Under the pieces are notes generated by a model. It was not told where the DNA came from and ran no database searches. It saw only the letters and a list, made by a program, of their open reading frames with translations. The position numbers were made by a program, and so were the translations under genes. This document shows, piece by piece, positions 30,795-44,934 of a stretch of DNA of 64,000 nt; positions within the stretch are counted from its first letter, which is position 1; every line of letters starts with the position of its first letter. This DNA comes from Octopus vulgaris (lineage: Eukaryota), in contig OX597816.1 of NCBI GenBank assembly GCA_951406725.2, positions 49,848,001 to 49,912,000 on the forward strand, given 5' to 3'.

Positions 30795-33700
30795 AATGTA
30801 GGAGTGCGTTATGTGATGTGTTCTTTGTTTGTTTTAAAAGACTGTACATTTTCATTTATTTGCGAAAACTAGCAAGTCATCTGACAAAAGCGCAGAGATT
30901 CCCTTGTGGTGTTAAACCTCCAGGAAGTTACACTTTATGATTTAAGTGTTATGCTTGTCGGCCCCTTGATTCCTTTGATTACCCTGAATATACATATTGC
31001 AATTTTATGTTTTTGTATCCGTTAAGCGTATACATCCTCTAAATGAATTTATTTTCGTTAAGTAGCTGAAGTTATTCTTGATATTGTCTGACATGATGCA
31101 CGGAAATTTACTTTCAGCTATTTTTTCCCTTAATCCTAATTTGATTTCAAGCCAAGCCTTAATACTATTTTCACCACTTTCTATTTTAGATTCGGTTCAA
31201 TTTCATTTATTATACATTTTGTTTATGCCACAGTAGAAAGAAAAAGATCTTTCTTGTCAATGCTAATATATTTCGCTCTTAACCGTTATGTATGAAAATC
31301 TACTTTAGAAAGCAAAAACCGACATTTCCGAATAGCCATGTTTACGGTAATTTAAATAGAAATAGCAGAAGAAATGCCCATAGAATGTATAAAATGTATA
31401 GTTTAAAAGGTAGATTATGACATAAACGATTCAAGCTACTGATGTGTTCGTATCGCTCCATCTTTAAATCATGTCAGAAATAGGATGCTTTGCTGCCTTA
31501 GTCTTGAATGAATATGCATGCGTATTATTTTTCCGACTTCTTTTAATAGGTAGACGCACACACACATAAATATACATATACATATAAACACATGCTCACA
31601 TCCACAAATGCGTACCCAAACGGGCATACACTCAAACATTTATATTCCTGCTTTTACATTCATCTAGGAATATCGTGAATAATATTTTGATAATTTGTAT
31701 TTTGAAGCATTTCTTTATATATATAATAAAAAAAAGCGCGATAAAACAGGAAATGATGACATTTAACTCAAGTGAAAATATATAGCCTACCACAGAGTTT
31801 CAACTTTATATCTAAATATAGTAACAAGGATTTATATGTAATACATAGTGTTTATTTCCTTATTGTTGAAACGATATATTCAGTAGAAATATTTAGCTCA
31901 TTATACAATGAATGCAGCTTTTTTAATACATCAAATCTATGGAAATTATAGAATGTAATATTACATAAATGTTTCTTAATACTGATACTAATCGATTGAC
32001 GCATATACTTTAATTCCACAAAATATTTTTAATGATTCAGTTGTGGTTACTATAATTGAAAACACTGATGATAATCAGTGTACACCAGGCTGAAAGAAAT
32101 AAAGTGAGATTTAGTTTTCAACAATGCCGGAGATATTTATTCTGTAGATTCTTTCCCTCAATATATGATATTTACCTTACTTTCCACCATCCGACTATGT
32201 TAAACCGCTCGGAAAGAGTTACCTATGTTTTCATAAGATTACAAAACGATACATATTTTCGGTAATTTTCATTTTCGTATATGTGGAGAGGCAGAGAAGT
32301 AAGTCATCAAATCTATCTGAGACCATTATGATAAATCCTGCAGACATTAGATCTTAATGCCGATCCATTTTGTTGCTGCTAATATCATTAATGCTTTCTT
32401 TCGCAGTTTTGATGTATAGATTTAATGCTAATACAGTATTAGATAAATCTATCAGTATATATCCACCAAATAAACAAAAATATTTTTCTCTCCAGCCGAA
32501 CTGAAAAATCCACAGGATATATCTAGTTGTGCTGTTGTACTGAATATAAAATATTCTTGCTGTGATCTTACTAAGATTAAAATAGTGCTATACGGGATAA
32601 TGACAGCTTAATGAAAACACAGTTCTATTTTGATTTCGTTCTTATGTTTAGTAGAACCTGTCATTTAGGAGCCTTGCTATTTTTAGTTCGTCAATTTAAA
32701 CCAATGATTGTAAGTCTTGCGTAAATACGCATGACTGTTTCTTAGGAATTCTGCTTGTTAATTACTGTCAGGTAAAGTTTTAGAAAATAGGCAGTATAAG
32801 ATATATTTAATGCCCTCTTCTAAAATTATTTACGTTAAATATAATATTTGAAATCTATTTACTTTGAATAATGATATATTTAATAACATGGGGATAAAAA
32901 TCTCAGAAAAAGAAGATCATTAAAGGATTTAATTATAGCAATCAATTTCCAGTTGTTCTATTTATGGTTCCTTTTAAAGCAAATCTAGAATATGTAGATT
33001 TAAAGAAAAAATAAACAATTACATATTGATGCTCGATCAAAAATGAAATATCTTCTTTCGATAATATTTTGTTCTTTTCTGTTAGAATATTAATTTTTCA
33101 ATGAAAGAGAGCAAACATAACCTTAGCATTCATCATGTTATCAGTTGGGATATAAATTTGAATATATTAAGGTAGAAATAACAGATATTTTATCATTTGA
33201 AAGCTAGATTTAATGTTTTCTGAACTTTCGTACTCTGACTAAAGACGAATACATTTTCAGACACACCTTCAATTATTGTTGCTCACATTAACTAGGTCAA
33301 TAAGAAAACTTGAGGAACTTGAAATGTATTCAATCAAAATATTTTAATTTTAAAATTTTACGGTCTGCAAACAGAAAATGTTTTAATGCGGCATGAAACT
33401 GACGAACAACACTCTATATAAGTGTACATACAATACCTACCTAATAGATACAACTTTTTAAGAAGCTCTTTTCGTTAATCATATCAGTGAATCTAATGGC
33501 AACAACATAATTTCCAGTTTAGATTGCCACATCTATTTTCGTGCTCAGACATTATCTTGGGATGACTTGTTATGGTAAACGCAAAAGTTGAATTCTAAAA
33601 AAACAGTATTTTAATTAACTATCAACAAAAGCAGATGTCTATCTTGTGAATTGTGTATTTAACGTCATTTCAAACTTTTCCATTTTAATTTGCAAGAATA

Positions 33701-34919
33701 TTTTAAGGACTGCAATTACAAATATTAATAATTTAAAGATTAATTCAGCGTTAAATTGAACACAGAAGCATAAAACTACTGTAGGGTTCATTGATACGCT
33801 TTAAATTCCCCATATAGTGCACATATACCGTTATCGGATTAAAGTTAGTGTTGTAGAAACATGATACGTTGAAATAATATTCCACACACGTAAAAAAGAT
33901 ATATTATTGAATCGACAATAATATGGTATGATATTAAGAAGAATGTCATGCTTTTTTCTATGGGAAGACAATGTCTGTGTCACTAAAAATTAAAGCTTGA
34001 GAAATTAGAAATAACATTGAATGTGGATACATTTCGACTGTACGAGATCTAAAAGATTCTTTTTTTAATGTTTCATCACGTCTATAGAGAAGATCGTTTG
34101 AGCTTTATGCATACTTATGTGCGATGCAACGTTTGTAGCTCACGAGGACCATCTATCAAAAATGATCGCAAATCTAAGCAGACCTTTCTCGAGAGCAGAT
34201 GGAAATTGTATTGACCATTAGAAGCGCTCAAATTGTCATCTGACTACTGTGAAATATTCTGACTGATAGGCTGCTTTAGAAATTTCTGCCACATTATCAC
34301 TTGAGTAGAATAAAACAAATGCATCCTGCTTCTACCGAATTTGTACATGCCAGAAAGAGATTAATGGCGATCGTCTATTTTTAACTGGAAGAGCATCATA
34401 AGTATGTTCCATGTGGTATAAAATCGAGTGAAATTTGCTTGAATTATCTGAATAATCTTTGTCATTTGAGACAGGGAGCGTAATGGACAACATCAACAAC
34501 ATCACCAACACCAAAAACAGATATAACATTAACTTCAACAATGACGGAAGAAAAGAAAAGAGGAATGTAGGCAAAAAGAAAGGGAGAAACGGAGGGGTAA
34601 TAAATAAATAAATAAATTAATTAAATGCAAAATTCATTTTTAGCTAATTGCCAATTTCTCAATTGTCCCTGTCTTCTACCCGATTATCTTTCCCGTATTT
34701 CTTCATTCATTCCTCGTGTCCCATTCTAAAATGCCTTAACTTATACCCATACTAACTTCTTCTAACTTCTCTTACCGATCTCTGTTTCTTTCTGACACTG
34801 CACTTTACTCTCCAGTTCACATGGTCAGGTAAAAAATGTCATTAGGAAATATTCCTTTAGCAGAAACAAACTAGAGAAGTATTTCAGCGATTCACTGATC
34901 TCGGATGTGTTAAGAAACA

Positions 34920-36040
34920 ATGTATATTTCATATATTATATTCACAATCAGGTGTTTAATGTGACCAAATTGTATATGCTTTCTAGCCTCGGAGAATTGG
35001 TGTATTTTTTTTTTTATTTCTCATATGTTTTATTCAGAAGATCGATCGACCGTCTCGAAATTATAGTGCAAAACATGTATACCTATAATTCAAATATAAT
35101 ACCAGTAAAATTTGTCATTAGATATATTGCGCAATCTTAATATTAAAAGTAAATAAAAATATACAAAATTACTCTTGTATGTTTAATTGCCTTACAGCTA
35201 TTGTCATACGTAAACAAATTGTTTGATCAAGATGATTATATTAAATATGTATTTATGTTTGTTTAGTACGTCACGCCTTATTGATAAAAAGTTCTAGATG
35301 CAATGCTTTGCCTCGTTTACTATATTTTCGTAAATAGTTTTATGTTCCCTGTAGTTGTGAGGAACCACAAACAGCTTCCCGACTTCCTGCCCTTGGACCA
35401 GTACAATACCTAGGATGTGACAGTTCTAGGGCAAAATTTGAGCAGACTTGAGAAGCTTAGAAATATTCTTCTTAAGAATACAACCCGTCACCCCGTTCAG
35501 GCTATCGAAACTCCTGCCTACTACTCCATGAGACTTAACCTTTCAGGAATACCACTTACATACAATTTAAGATGTTACTGACAAAACCTCATAGGCTGAA
35601 GAATAGCCCTAAACACGGGTTTTCTATTTTAAAAGTTTCAAAGAAGAGAATGTAACCGGCTGGCTTCCACGTTTCTGGGAATTTTCAAACAAGTTTAACT
35701 ATACACATTCTTATATCGCGCTGTTCGTATACACTCTTGAATATCATTTACCAATCATACGAAATAATCTTTTAATTCAATGTATTATATTCAAATTAAA
35801 GTGTCTAATATGACCAATGTATATACATTTATTAGCCTTGGAGGCTTTGTGTCACTTTTCGATTTACTTCTGATATGATTTATTCAAATGATCGAACTGT
35901 ACACATCCGTATATTATGGTGTATAGGATATATGTCTATTATTCAAATGTATTATAAGTAAAAATTGCTATTGAATATCGTGCACTTTAATATTAAATGT
36001 AAATAGATAATATATAAATACAAATCCTTGTATGTTAAAT
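34920..36040. repeat. Diverged direct repeat of about 260 bp (about 34920-35187 and 35779-36040)
   Basis: Colinear shared blocks GTGTYTAATRTGACCAA, TAGCCTYGGAG, TTTTATTCA..GATCGA, ATTCAAAT, TTAATATTAAA.GTAAATA, CTTGTATGTT. Confidence 0.65.
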
Positions 36041-38576
36041 TTAATTTGAAAACATGCAATATTGTTATATGGTGACCGAATCTGAATAAATAGGAACAAA
36101 ATATTTGAATCTGAATAGAGTGAATATCATTCTAATACATTTAATTCAAATTTATATACAAAATACTGCGAGTAAAAAAAAAAGACAATACAAAAAATCA
36201 AATAACAGTGAACTTTGTGAGCTATGTTTAGCTGTAACAATAAACATATGCATTCACAAACAGGAAGTTACTTGGCTTCTGGAAATGAAATTGATAAATG
36301 TTCTAATAAATCGACATGAATAGCAAACCTCTGTTACTGCTTCTGTCTATGAGTGAGGCATTACATTACAACTGCCACTCTCTTTCATTGCAGTAAATAA
36401 AATCGATTTGAGAGATTAGATCTGAGATTAGACACATATAAATATAGCCGCCAATGAGTATGGATAAGCCTAGTTCTTCTAAAATATTATTTGCATTATA
36501 TGGGAAGATTAACAGCTTCTAATCGAAGTTGTAACCGTGATATTTAAATATATTTTTAAAGTAATTTTCAGAAATATATTCTAAAGCTATTTAAAAGACA
36601 AAAAAATAGTTAGTAATAACGTCTGTCATAGTAGACGGTCACAAGTCCATTTGAGTGGAATAATCATTTTTTACAAAACTGAAATTTGATTAAAGTAATT
36701 TTATCGGTAAATATAACTTTAAATTCAATTTATATTCAATCTATACTATTTTCTCATCCCTTATTTAGACGTAGAAAAAGTAATATTTTCTACTTTTGTA
36801 CACCAATAAAGCAATTATAAGGGTGCATTTATTATTAGCAGGGCTTCAAGCAATGTGAAGTATAATTGCAATAATATAATAATAAAATTAAAGTGGATAA
36901 TATCAATCGATATTTCTAAACCTGTAGTAAGTTTATACGATGAAAGCACGTGAATGTAATGGAATGATTTTTATTTTATATTATATTTGTATTGTAAGTA
37001 TCTTTTCGTTTACAACATTTATATTTCGGTTATATCCATTGTATGAGTAATTCGGACGTGACTAAAGTATATTTGCTATAAGAAATTGTACTAGATCATA
37101 AACGGTAAACAAAATATAAAATGCTAAACATTTAGGGATGGTGTCAATATACCTTCAAGAATCTGTACAAATTTAGCAGAAGAGATTTGTTATACGGTGT
37201 ACAGAAAACTGATTTACATTCTAATTGACAATCTTTGAAGAGGAAACCGATAAAATATCAAATACTATTTGATATCAAGTTTCCCTAACGTTTTTTTTTT
37301 TTATTATCGATAAATATACATATCATTTAACACCGAAATAATCCTGCCCAGTGTAACTTCATTGCCATATATCGAATATAGCAATCATGATTCTGACGAA
37401 TATCGAAAGTAAATAACTCATTTTTTACTGACTGATTTCAACGCGCAAAATAATACTATTTGCGCGTTGGAACAAAAGTATGTTATAGCTGAATATATTT
37501 TTCAATTTTCCTTTCTGTAACACAGTAAGCGAGAAAAAGCAGAGCCCACAAAACTGCTCTATTCTTCTCTATTTCCGAGTAAATGTATTTCGAATTTTGA
37601 TGAGGTGTTGCGAAACGTTTTCCTGTTTACGCATGCAACAACACCAAATAGAAAATAACGTAGAAACACAAATAGCTTCTATACATTATACCTTTCTGAT
37701 AGGTATTGACAATGTAAGACAAGTGAGTTAACCTAAAATGCCACTGAATGTATTTAGTTACAGTGAAAAAAGCCCCAAAAGAATGTATAGGTGCAAGGAG
37801 GACGCTCACATATGTTAAATGGAGACAGGAAGGGTGCGCAAGTAAAAAGAAAACTCAAAGAACGTTTATCAGAATATATAAAGAGAGCATGTATTCATAG
37901 GGGCAAAATTAAGGTTTAGTGTAAAACCGGAAATCGTTCACGTTTACAGACCACAGAGAAATTTGTATTACATTGACAAAAAAGAAACCTACAAATATTA
38001 ACGACGAATTTAATAGATTTATTGAAATACATTAGAGAACGTAATTAATTACTTTGTGCACGGAGGGAATAAAATATATTTGTAAACTGATAATGTAATC
38101 ATGCTAGAGAAGGAGAAAATATTAGACAAAAGGTAAAGACTTTAAACGGAGGCTTTTACTGAAAACAAAACTCGGAAAATTGTGTTAATTTTATCCTGTA
38201 TAATTTGATAATGTAAGGGATTAGAAGAAAGACTAGAAGAAAAATAAATAAAAGAAAAAAATGCAGTTATCTAGATTATATCAACCAATAGCTGATACAC
38301 ATCACATTTATATCGATATACAAAATATAACACTTGACTGATTACCTAACTAAAAGTAGTCTGTTTGGAACCAACATAATATCTACTATTACAATTGTAA
38401 ACATGCAAATACAAAAATAGTATTTAGTAGGACAAAGACGATCAGAAATATAGAAATATGTACTGTTACTACAAACGTTATAACATGAGATCAAGAAGAT
38501 GCATTAAAAATGTAAAACAAATATAATTAATTATATAAAAAAACAAATGAGAGCAGGAATACGCCATGTTAATTAA

Positions 38577-38676
38577 NNNNNNNNNNNNNNNNNNNNNNNN
38601 NNNNNNNNNNNNNNNNNNNNNNNNNNNNNNNNNNNNNNNNNNNNNNNNNNNNNNNNNNNNNNNNNNNNNNNNNNNN
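38577..38676. other. Assembly gap (100 N)
   Basis: Run of exactly 100 N. Confidence 1.
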
Positions 38677-39926
38677 AAAAATGGGTATTTTTAGCCAATA
38701 GCAAGACAGGAAGTTTCTGCGTTTAGCGGAACGGTGTCAACTTCAAGGTTGTACTCTGTCAAATGCATAGCTTAGCATCTGACCTGTTCAATTTATGTTT
38801 TTAAACAAACAGAAATACCTAATAAAATCAACATGTATAATATTACTGCTTCTTTTGTATCATCATTGACTGTATTTTTAAGTCATATTTCTAAATTTGT
38901 TATATCAATATATTTGTTTGGATGTGTTTAATTTATGCGTATTTCAATATGTTATATACCTTTCATGTATTTGTGTACGTCATCAATATATAAGTGCATG
39001 TGAAAAGGGGGTGTCTGTCTCCAAAACTCCAAAGCTGAGTAACGTTTTTATGTTTGGATTTGTAAACTTCGATAAGAATAACACTGGTCAACAAAGATTT
39101 TGTCCCTAGGAAAAGAATACCTGTATCTTATAAGTTTTTGCATGAAAAATTAAAAACTAATATCAAATTATCTGTGCCACCTCCAGTTTCTTTGTTCCAC
39201 GATATCCCTACGCCTAATTAAATTTTTTTTATGAATAGAATTAACCTAGTGAAATCATTAATCCAGCTATCTGAGTCAATGAGTGCCAAAAATATATAAA
39301 ATGAAAAATACTTAAAAATAGTAACACACAGAAAAATACTAATACACAGGAGTAGAGAAAAATATGCAAAATACTAATAGAGAAAAATTAAAACAAAACA
39401 CGCGGGTGAAAATAATCTCGGGGTGTGAAGCATCAGGTATGAAAAATCAACATAGGCAAACAGCAGCACAGACAGGAATGAGCCACATCACAGCGAGAAG
39501 TTGTCATTGTAACAAGCTGCGAATGCCATGCTGTCTGTTGATTGGCTAAAATTATCCAAATTTCCCAACTTTCAATCCAAATGACGTCAGATTCTTTAAG
39601 TTGCGAGATAAAGTAATTGGTTGATAGTAATCAAAATTCAGAGTTGCAATCTGAGCAAAATTAAGGTGGTCGGGTCATTTTCCGAATGAGAAAGACTAGA
39701 TCCCAAATAAGTAAAATGTTAAATTACTACCTTCTTTTATAGCAAGTTGATGGAGGTAGTTTATCCCCATCCGCTCCGACTTTTAGTTCATGCAATTAAA
39801 AAAATCCCACATTATTTATGGGATAACCAATATATATATATGACGATGGGTGGATATATGTATATGCGTATGTGCGTGCATTTATGTACGTGTGTGTATA
39901 GTTGAAAATTACATTATAATCGGGTG

Positions 39927-40266
39927 AAGGCGCATGGCTCAGTGGTTAGAGCGTCGAGCTTACGATCGTGAGGTTGTGAGCTCGAATCTCGGACCAGGCT
40001 GCGTGTTGTGTTCTTGAGCAAGTCACTTTATTTCACGTTGCTCCAGTTCACTCACCTGTAGAAATGAGTTGCGACGTCACTGGTGCCAAGCTGTATCGAC
40101 CTTTGTCTTTCCCTTGGATAACACTGGTGGCGTGGAGAGGGGAGGCTGGTATGCATGGGCGACTGCTAGCCTTCCATAAACAACTTTGCCCGGACTTGTA
40201 TCTAGAAGGGTAACTTTCTAGGTGCAATCCCATGGTCATTCATGACCGAAGGGGGTCTTTACAATT
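39927..40266 (+). mobile_element. Full-length tRNA-derived SINE with CORE-like segment and 10-bp TSD
   Basis: A box TGGCTCAGTGG, degenerate B box GCTCGAATCTC, then TTCTTGAGCAAGTCACTT. TSD TAATCGGGTG at 39917-39926 and 40267-40276. Confidence 0.88.
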
Positions 40267-41686
40267 TAATCGGGTGTACTCTGTGTGAGAGGGTGTATGT
40301 GTGTGAGTGTATTTATGTGTATATTTACAAACATGTTAATATGTATATAACAGAAAGAGAAAGAGAGAGAGAGAGAGAAGGAGAGAGAAGGAGAATGAGA
40401 GAGTGACAGTAAAAGAGGGAGGGACAAACAAAAAGAGAGAGCGACGTTCTCAAAAACAATGACTAATCGAAGTTGACATCTTGAACTTTAATTAAGCAGC
40501 AACAGGCTGACTAAATCGATACAATACAATTGAAGCCTTTCCTTTTTCCTCTGTTTCTTTATTCTTTACTTGCACTTTCATTCGTGTGCTCATTCCTCTC
40601 TCTCTTTCTTTAAAAAACATAATTGTCTTTTTGAAATGCCATTAACATCAGCCACTTGCGGAAAAGCTACAAATCACAGACCATCACCAAGTATAACAAT
40701 AAATGCCAACTCACAGAAGTGAACATAAAAAAGACCTTCTCTCTTCCTTCCTTTCTTCTTTTCTTTTTCCTTCCTTCCTTTCTTTTACACTTCTTTTCTT
40801 TCTGCCTTCCTTTTTATCCGTCCTCCCTTCCTTCTTCATTCATTTTCACTCATGCTAGCCGCACAGTACAATATACACATTGCATATATGTGTGTTAGTG
40901 TGTGTGTGTGTGTGTGTCTGTATGTGCGTAGCGTGCCTATACGCGTGCATATGTATGTATGTACGTACGTATGTATGTATGTATGCATGTATGTATGTAT
41001 GTATGTATGTATGTATGTATGTATGTATGTATGTATGTATGTATGTAGGTAGGTAGGTATGTACGCATGTATGTATATAAGTAAATATAAGAACGACTGA
41101 CTGGTTACTGAAAATGTAAACACATTTCTGCATTTGCGGAACAAAATGTCTTTGGACGGACGCAGAGCAATCAAAAAAGTGATCCACACGGAAACTGTAG
41201 CCAATTTCATTCACCAGGCAATAGTTCAGATCAGATGTTTATAAAACTACTTCAAATTTAAGCTATATTAAAGAATGGCTTAATTTGAATATTTGTGCTT
41301 GTCATTAATTAAACAATGACAACTTTTACACAATATATCGTAAATCAGAAGAACAAGAAATTAAAACATTAGACCTCTATCGATGATCAATGCTATAGAA
41401 TCGGGAGAGAAGCCTCGTTTTTTTTTCCTTCCTTACTGCCGTATAAAAAAGTAAATGTTTCCAATCTTAGTTAACTCACTCTGCAACTATCAGGTATTTA
41501 AATTTAAACCAGTTCTTCTGATTTACGGCGTGTTTTGCATAAATAGATTAGTACTGACATGGTGCTTATCTAAATCTTGACACCTTTATTAACACCCCTA
41601 AACATCAACTGTATAAAAAGCATTTACTTAGCATAATTATCTCACAGCATGGCATTCAAATAATTACTTCAGTTTCTCTGCATCTG

Positions 41687-41735
<49 letters not shown>

Positions 41736-41831
41736 CTTTACATATATCTTTATATATATATATATCTTTATATATATATATATCTTTACATATATATATA
41801 TCTTTACATATATCTTTATATATATATATAT

Positions 41832-41874
<43 letters not shown>

Positions 41875-41875
<1 letters not shown>

Positions 41876-41955
41876 CGGGAGGCTTTATGAAAATAAACAA
41901 AAGACGAAGGCAGGTGGAAAACAAACGAACAATTGTAATGGAGTGGGGGCGCAGA
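41875..41955 (-). mobile_element. Short PLE pseudo-LTR 3' terminal fragment next to (TA)n
   Basis: The reverse complement resembles 46405-46483 (CCACCTG.CTTC.TCTTTTGTTT...CTCCC then TA repeats). Confidence 0.55.
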
Positions 41956-42279
41956 GTGTTCTGGCTAAATTTGGCAGTTTGCATAAATGTAAAATAAAAA
42001 TGTGTCTGAGGAGCTGAAGCGTTGATTGAAACACTGAGCTGGTGACATTGACATACATATATACATATGTATATGTGTTTGAGTGTGTGCGTGTGTGTAT
42101 GTGCATGCGTGCGTATCGGTACATGCTGTTGCGCATAAATTCAAGTTTGCACAAAAGGAAAAGAAAGCACATTATCCTATCTGAAATTAAAAGTATTAAA
42201 AAAAAATCGAAAAATATCAACTTGATGTGGTTGGGAAATAACAGATTATTCAAAGTAACCCCTCTCACTTAAATACCTT

Positions 42280-42860
42280 CGCAGCCTCAAGGCGGGTCTG
42301 GAACTTGGCGCATGCATCCATATCGGTGTTCCCGGGAAGTTCTTGAAATACTTCTCTGGTCTTGGCCACCAGCTCGGCCTTAATATTGCAGCTTTAATAT
42401 TGCATGAGTTGCGTTCGACACCTTTCTCAATTGAGCCTTACACACAGTGATTTATGCTATCTAAATCTGGGGAATTAGAAGGCAAGAAATTGAGACTGGT
42501 ATAGTCGGAGGAGTTCCTCCCGACATCAACTTTTGATACTTACTCGAGATATATGGAACTGCGTTCTGCTACCTTCCACCAGCAACCGTTTCCAGCCAGG
42601 GTTTCACTGCAGACTCCAGCAGCTTCATATCTCTGTTCCGAATTGTGTCAAAGGTAGGTGAATTAGTTTCTGCTAGCCCCGGCTTCCTAGCATATGTTGC
42701 TGCTGTCCATGTCACATCTTACACCCATCAGAGTCTTCACAAATTATTGAGCGGCATTGAAATTCTCTATATTAGAAACTCGGCGTGAATCCTCATGATA
42801 TAGTTAAACTTTTTCCATTATGAAGATGGCTTCCAGTCCTCCATGTTAGTTAACTTTTTT
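42280..42860 (-). mobile_element. Decayed Tc1/mariner-superfamily transposase fragment
   Basis: Minus-strand translation NFLPSNSPDLDSINHCV*GSIE (cf. WPPNSPDLNPLDYxVWG). Boundaries approximate. Confidence 0.55.
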
Positions 42861-42985
42861 CTCAACTACTGCTTTAATCTTCATGTTCTGCAACGCCTTT
42901 GTGTTTTTCTCAATACACCAAGCTGATCCTTCAAAACCGAGACAGAAACAATGCTAAATTTATACTGAACACCATGTGTGTTATT

Positions 42986-43848
42986 TTAGATGGGTGTTGT
43001 CACTAGTTTTTCCCGAATCACCGATAGTGCTTCAGCAGTTGGGACTTTGGTGAGCATACTTATCACATCTAGGCGTATCATCTGGTTGAATCCAATGGGG
43101 GTATCCTTGATAAATTCTGTGAAGTGGATGACATTCTTCACATACGATATTGACTTTCCTAATGTTCTGATTATATCCACAAGGAATCGGCTCAGTGGAT
43201 GACATTCTGAACCGCTACAGCTCTCTAAATGTCTTAATGGAATACCATCCTTGTGAATCTTAGAGAGACCGTACATGAGTGGTATTTTACTGTGATGTTG
43301 AGTCAGTTGTCTGTACTTCATTGGTGTAAGGTGATCCTTGTTATTGATCAAGATCTGTGACAACTTCCTCTCTGTTTTCAGAGTTGGGCTTTTCTTTGCT
43401 GTGGCTACCATCACTTATAAGACTTGCCAATTTTTCAGAGTAGTCAGTCTTGACCATCACTACTGTAGCATTCCCCTTGTCCGCTAGAAGTATTATGATG
43501 ACTCTGTAGTAATTTGATAGCGAATCTTTCTTCCTTAGTAGGGTTTGGTTCAGGAAGTTTTGCTTTTTGTAGTACCTGTCTCACTTTCCACCTTAGTTCA
43601 TCTCGCTGAGCTTTTGGTATCTTTATGGCTATCTCTTCAATAGGGGCTATTATGTCCAAGTATGGAATACGCTTGATGGTTATCGCAAAGTTGAGACCCT
43701 TGTTCAGTACTGCTTCTTCAGAGCTTTCTAGATGTCGGCTACTTATATTTATTACTGCTTTCACAGGTGGGTGACAGATTTCAGTTTTCATTCTCTGACC
43801 TTTGAATTTCATAAACTTCTTAATCTGGTGTAGATGTAGAGACTCCAC
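42986..43848 (-). pseudogene. PLE reverse transcriptase N-terminal fragment (Penelope/Poseidon-like), frameshifted
   Basis: VLNKGLNFAIT, PTKEERFAIK, (ADKGNATVVM across a frameshift), PLMYGLSKIHKDGIPLR, LDVISMLTKVP. Confidence 0.85.
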
Positions 43849-44251
43849 AATGTGTGTTATGTGCGCTCTACTTTATTTCTGCGTATATCTCTATATTTTA
43901 ACCAACAACGTATGTGATTGTGAGACGTATGCATATTGTCTTTGCATAATATAAATTCATGGACCGAAAGTACGAAAAGAAATGCAATTCTGCAATTATT
44001 TGTTGCAATCCTGAACTGGGATTTGTTCAGCGACCTATCATTCTTTTTAATTGTTCAGGGAGTTAAGGTTTATATATGCACTATAACTAAAATTTGAATT
44101 AAGTTGGAAAGGAGATTTGCATATATAAAATATTCTTGGCAGATTGTTAAACTGCTTAAAAATTAACAACGGTGGTTTTCAATTCTACACTGCGCTACAG
44201 AGTATGTCTGAACAATTTAGCCAACTATATATATAGAGAGAGAGTGAGACA

Positions 44252-44470
<219 letters not shown>

Positions 44471-44934
44471 AGATGTATACATATATCTATTACAAAGCTA
44501 TAAGTCTTCAGAATTACGATTGAAAACACAATAGGTTTTTGCAGAACTCTATGTATGACGCACGTGAAAGTGAATTGTAGCACAGCTCGGTGAGTGTCAT
44601 TCAGGTAAAGCGGCAGACAAACGCTGAGAGTGTTTCAAACAAATAAACATATCTGAAGATAATCCTGAACAAATCATTCGTAATGGTGTAGCGGAAACAG
44701 AAAATAACGATTTGTGAAGGACCAAGGACTCATATAGAAATTACACACACACGCACACACTCACACATATGATATATGTATGTGTATGTGTGTGTGTGTG
44801 TGTGTATGTGTGTGTGCATTTATATATAGGAGTGTGGTAGAAAGTGTGCTTCTAAACCACATAGTTCCGGGTTTAGTCCCATTGCGTGGCACTTCGAGTG
44901 TATTCTGCTATAGCATATATTAATTAGTCCACAG

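Noticed and set aside
37392-37412. CTGACGA-ATATC-GAAA hammerhead-like core, and TTGATGA...CGAAACGTT at about 37598-37620
   Set aside because: Helix II and/or helix I cannot form adequately, and there is no PLE context.
39927-40000. tRNA gene-like sequences (also at 1160-1230, 49045-49116, 50700-50770)
   Set aside because: They continue into repeated bodies with tails and TSDs, so they are SINE heads; no proper cloverleaf or terminator.
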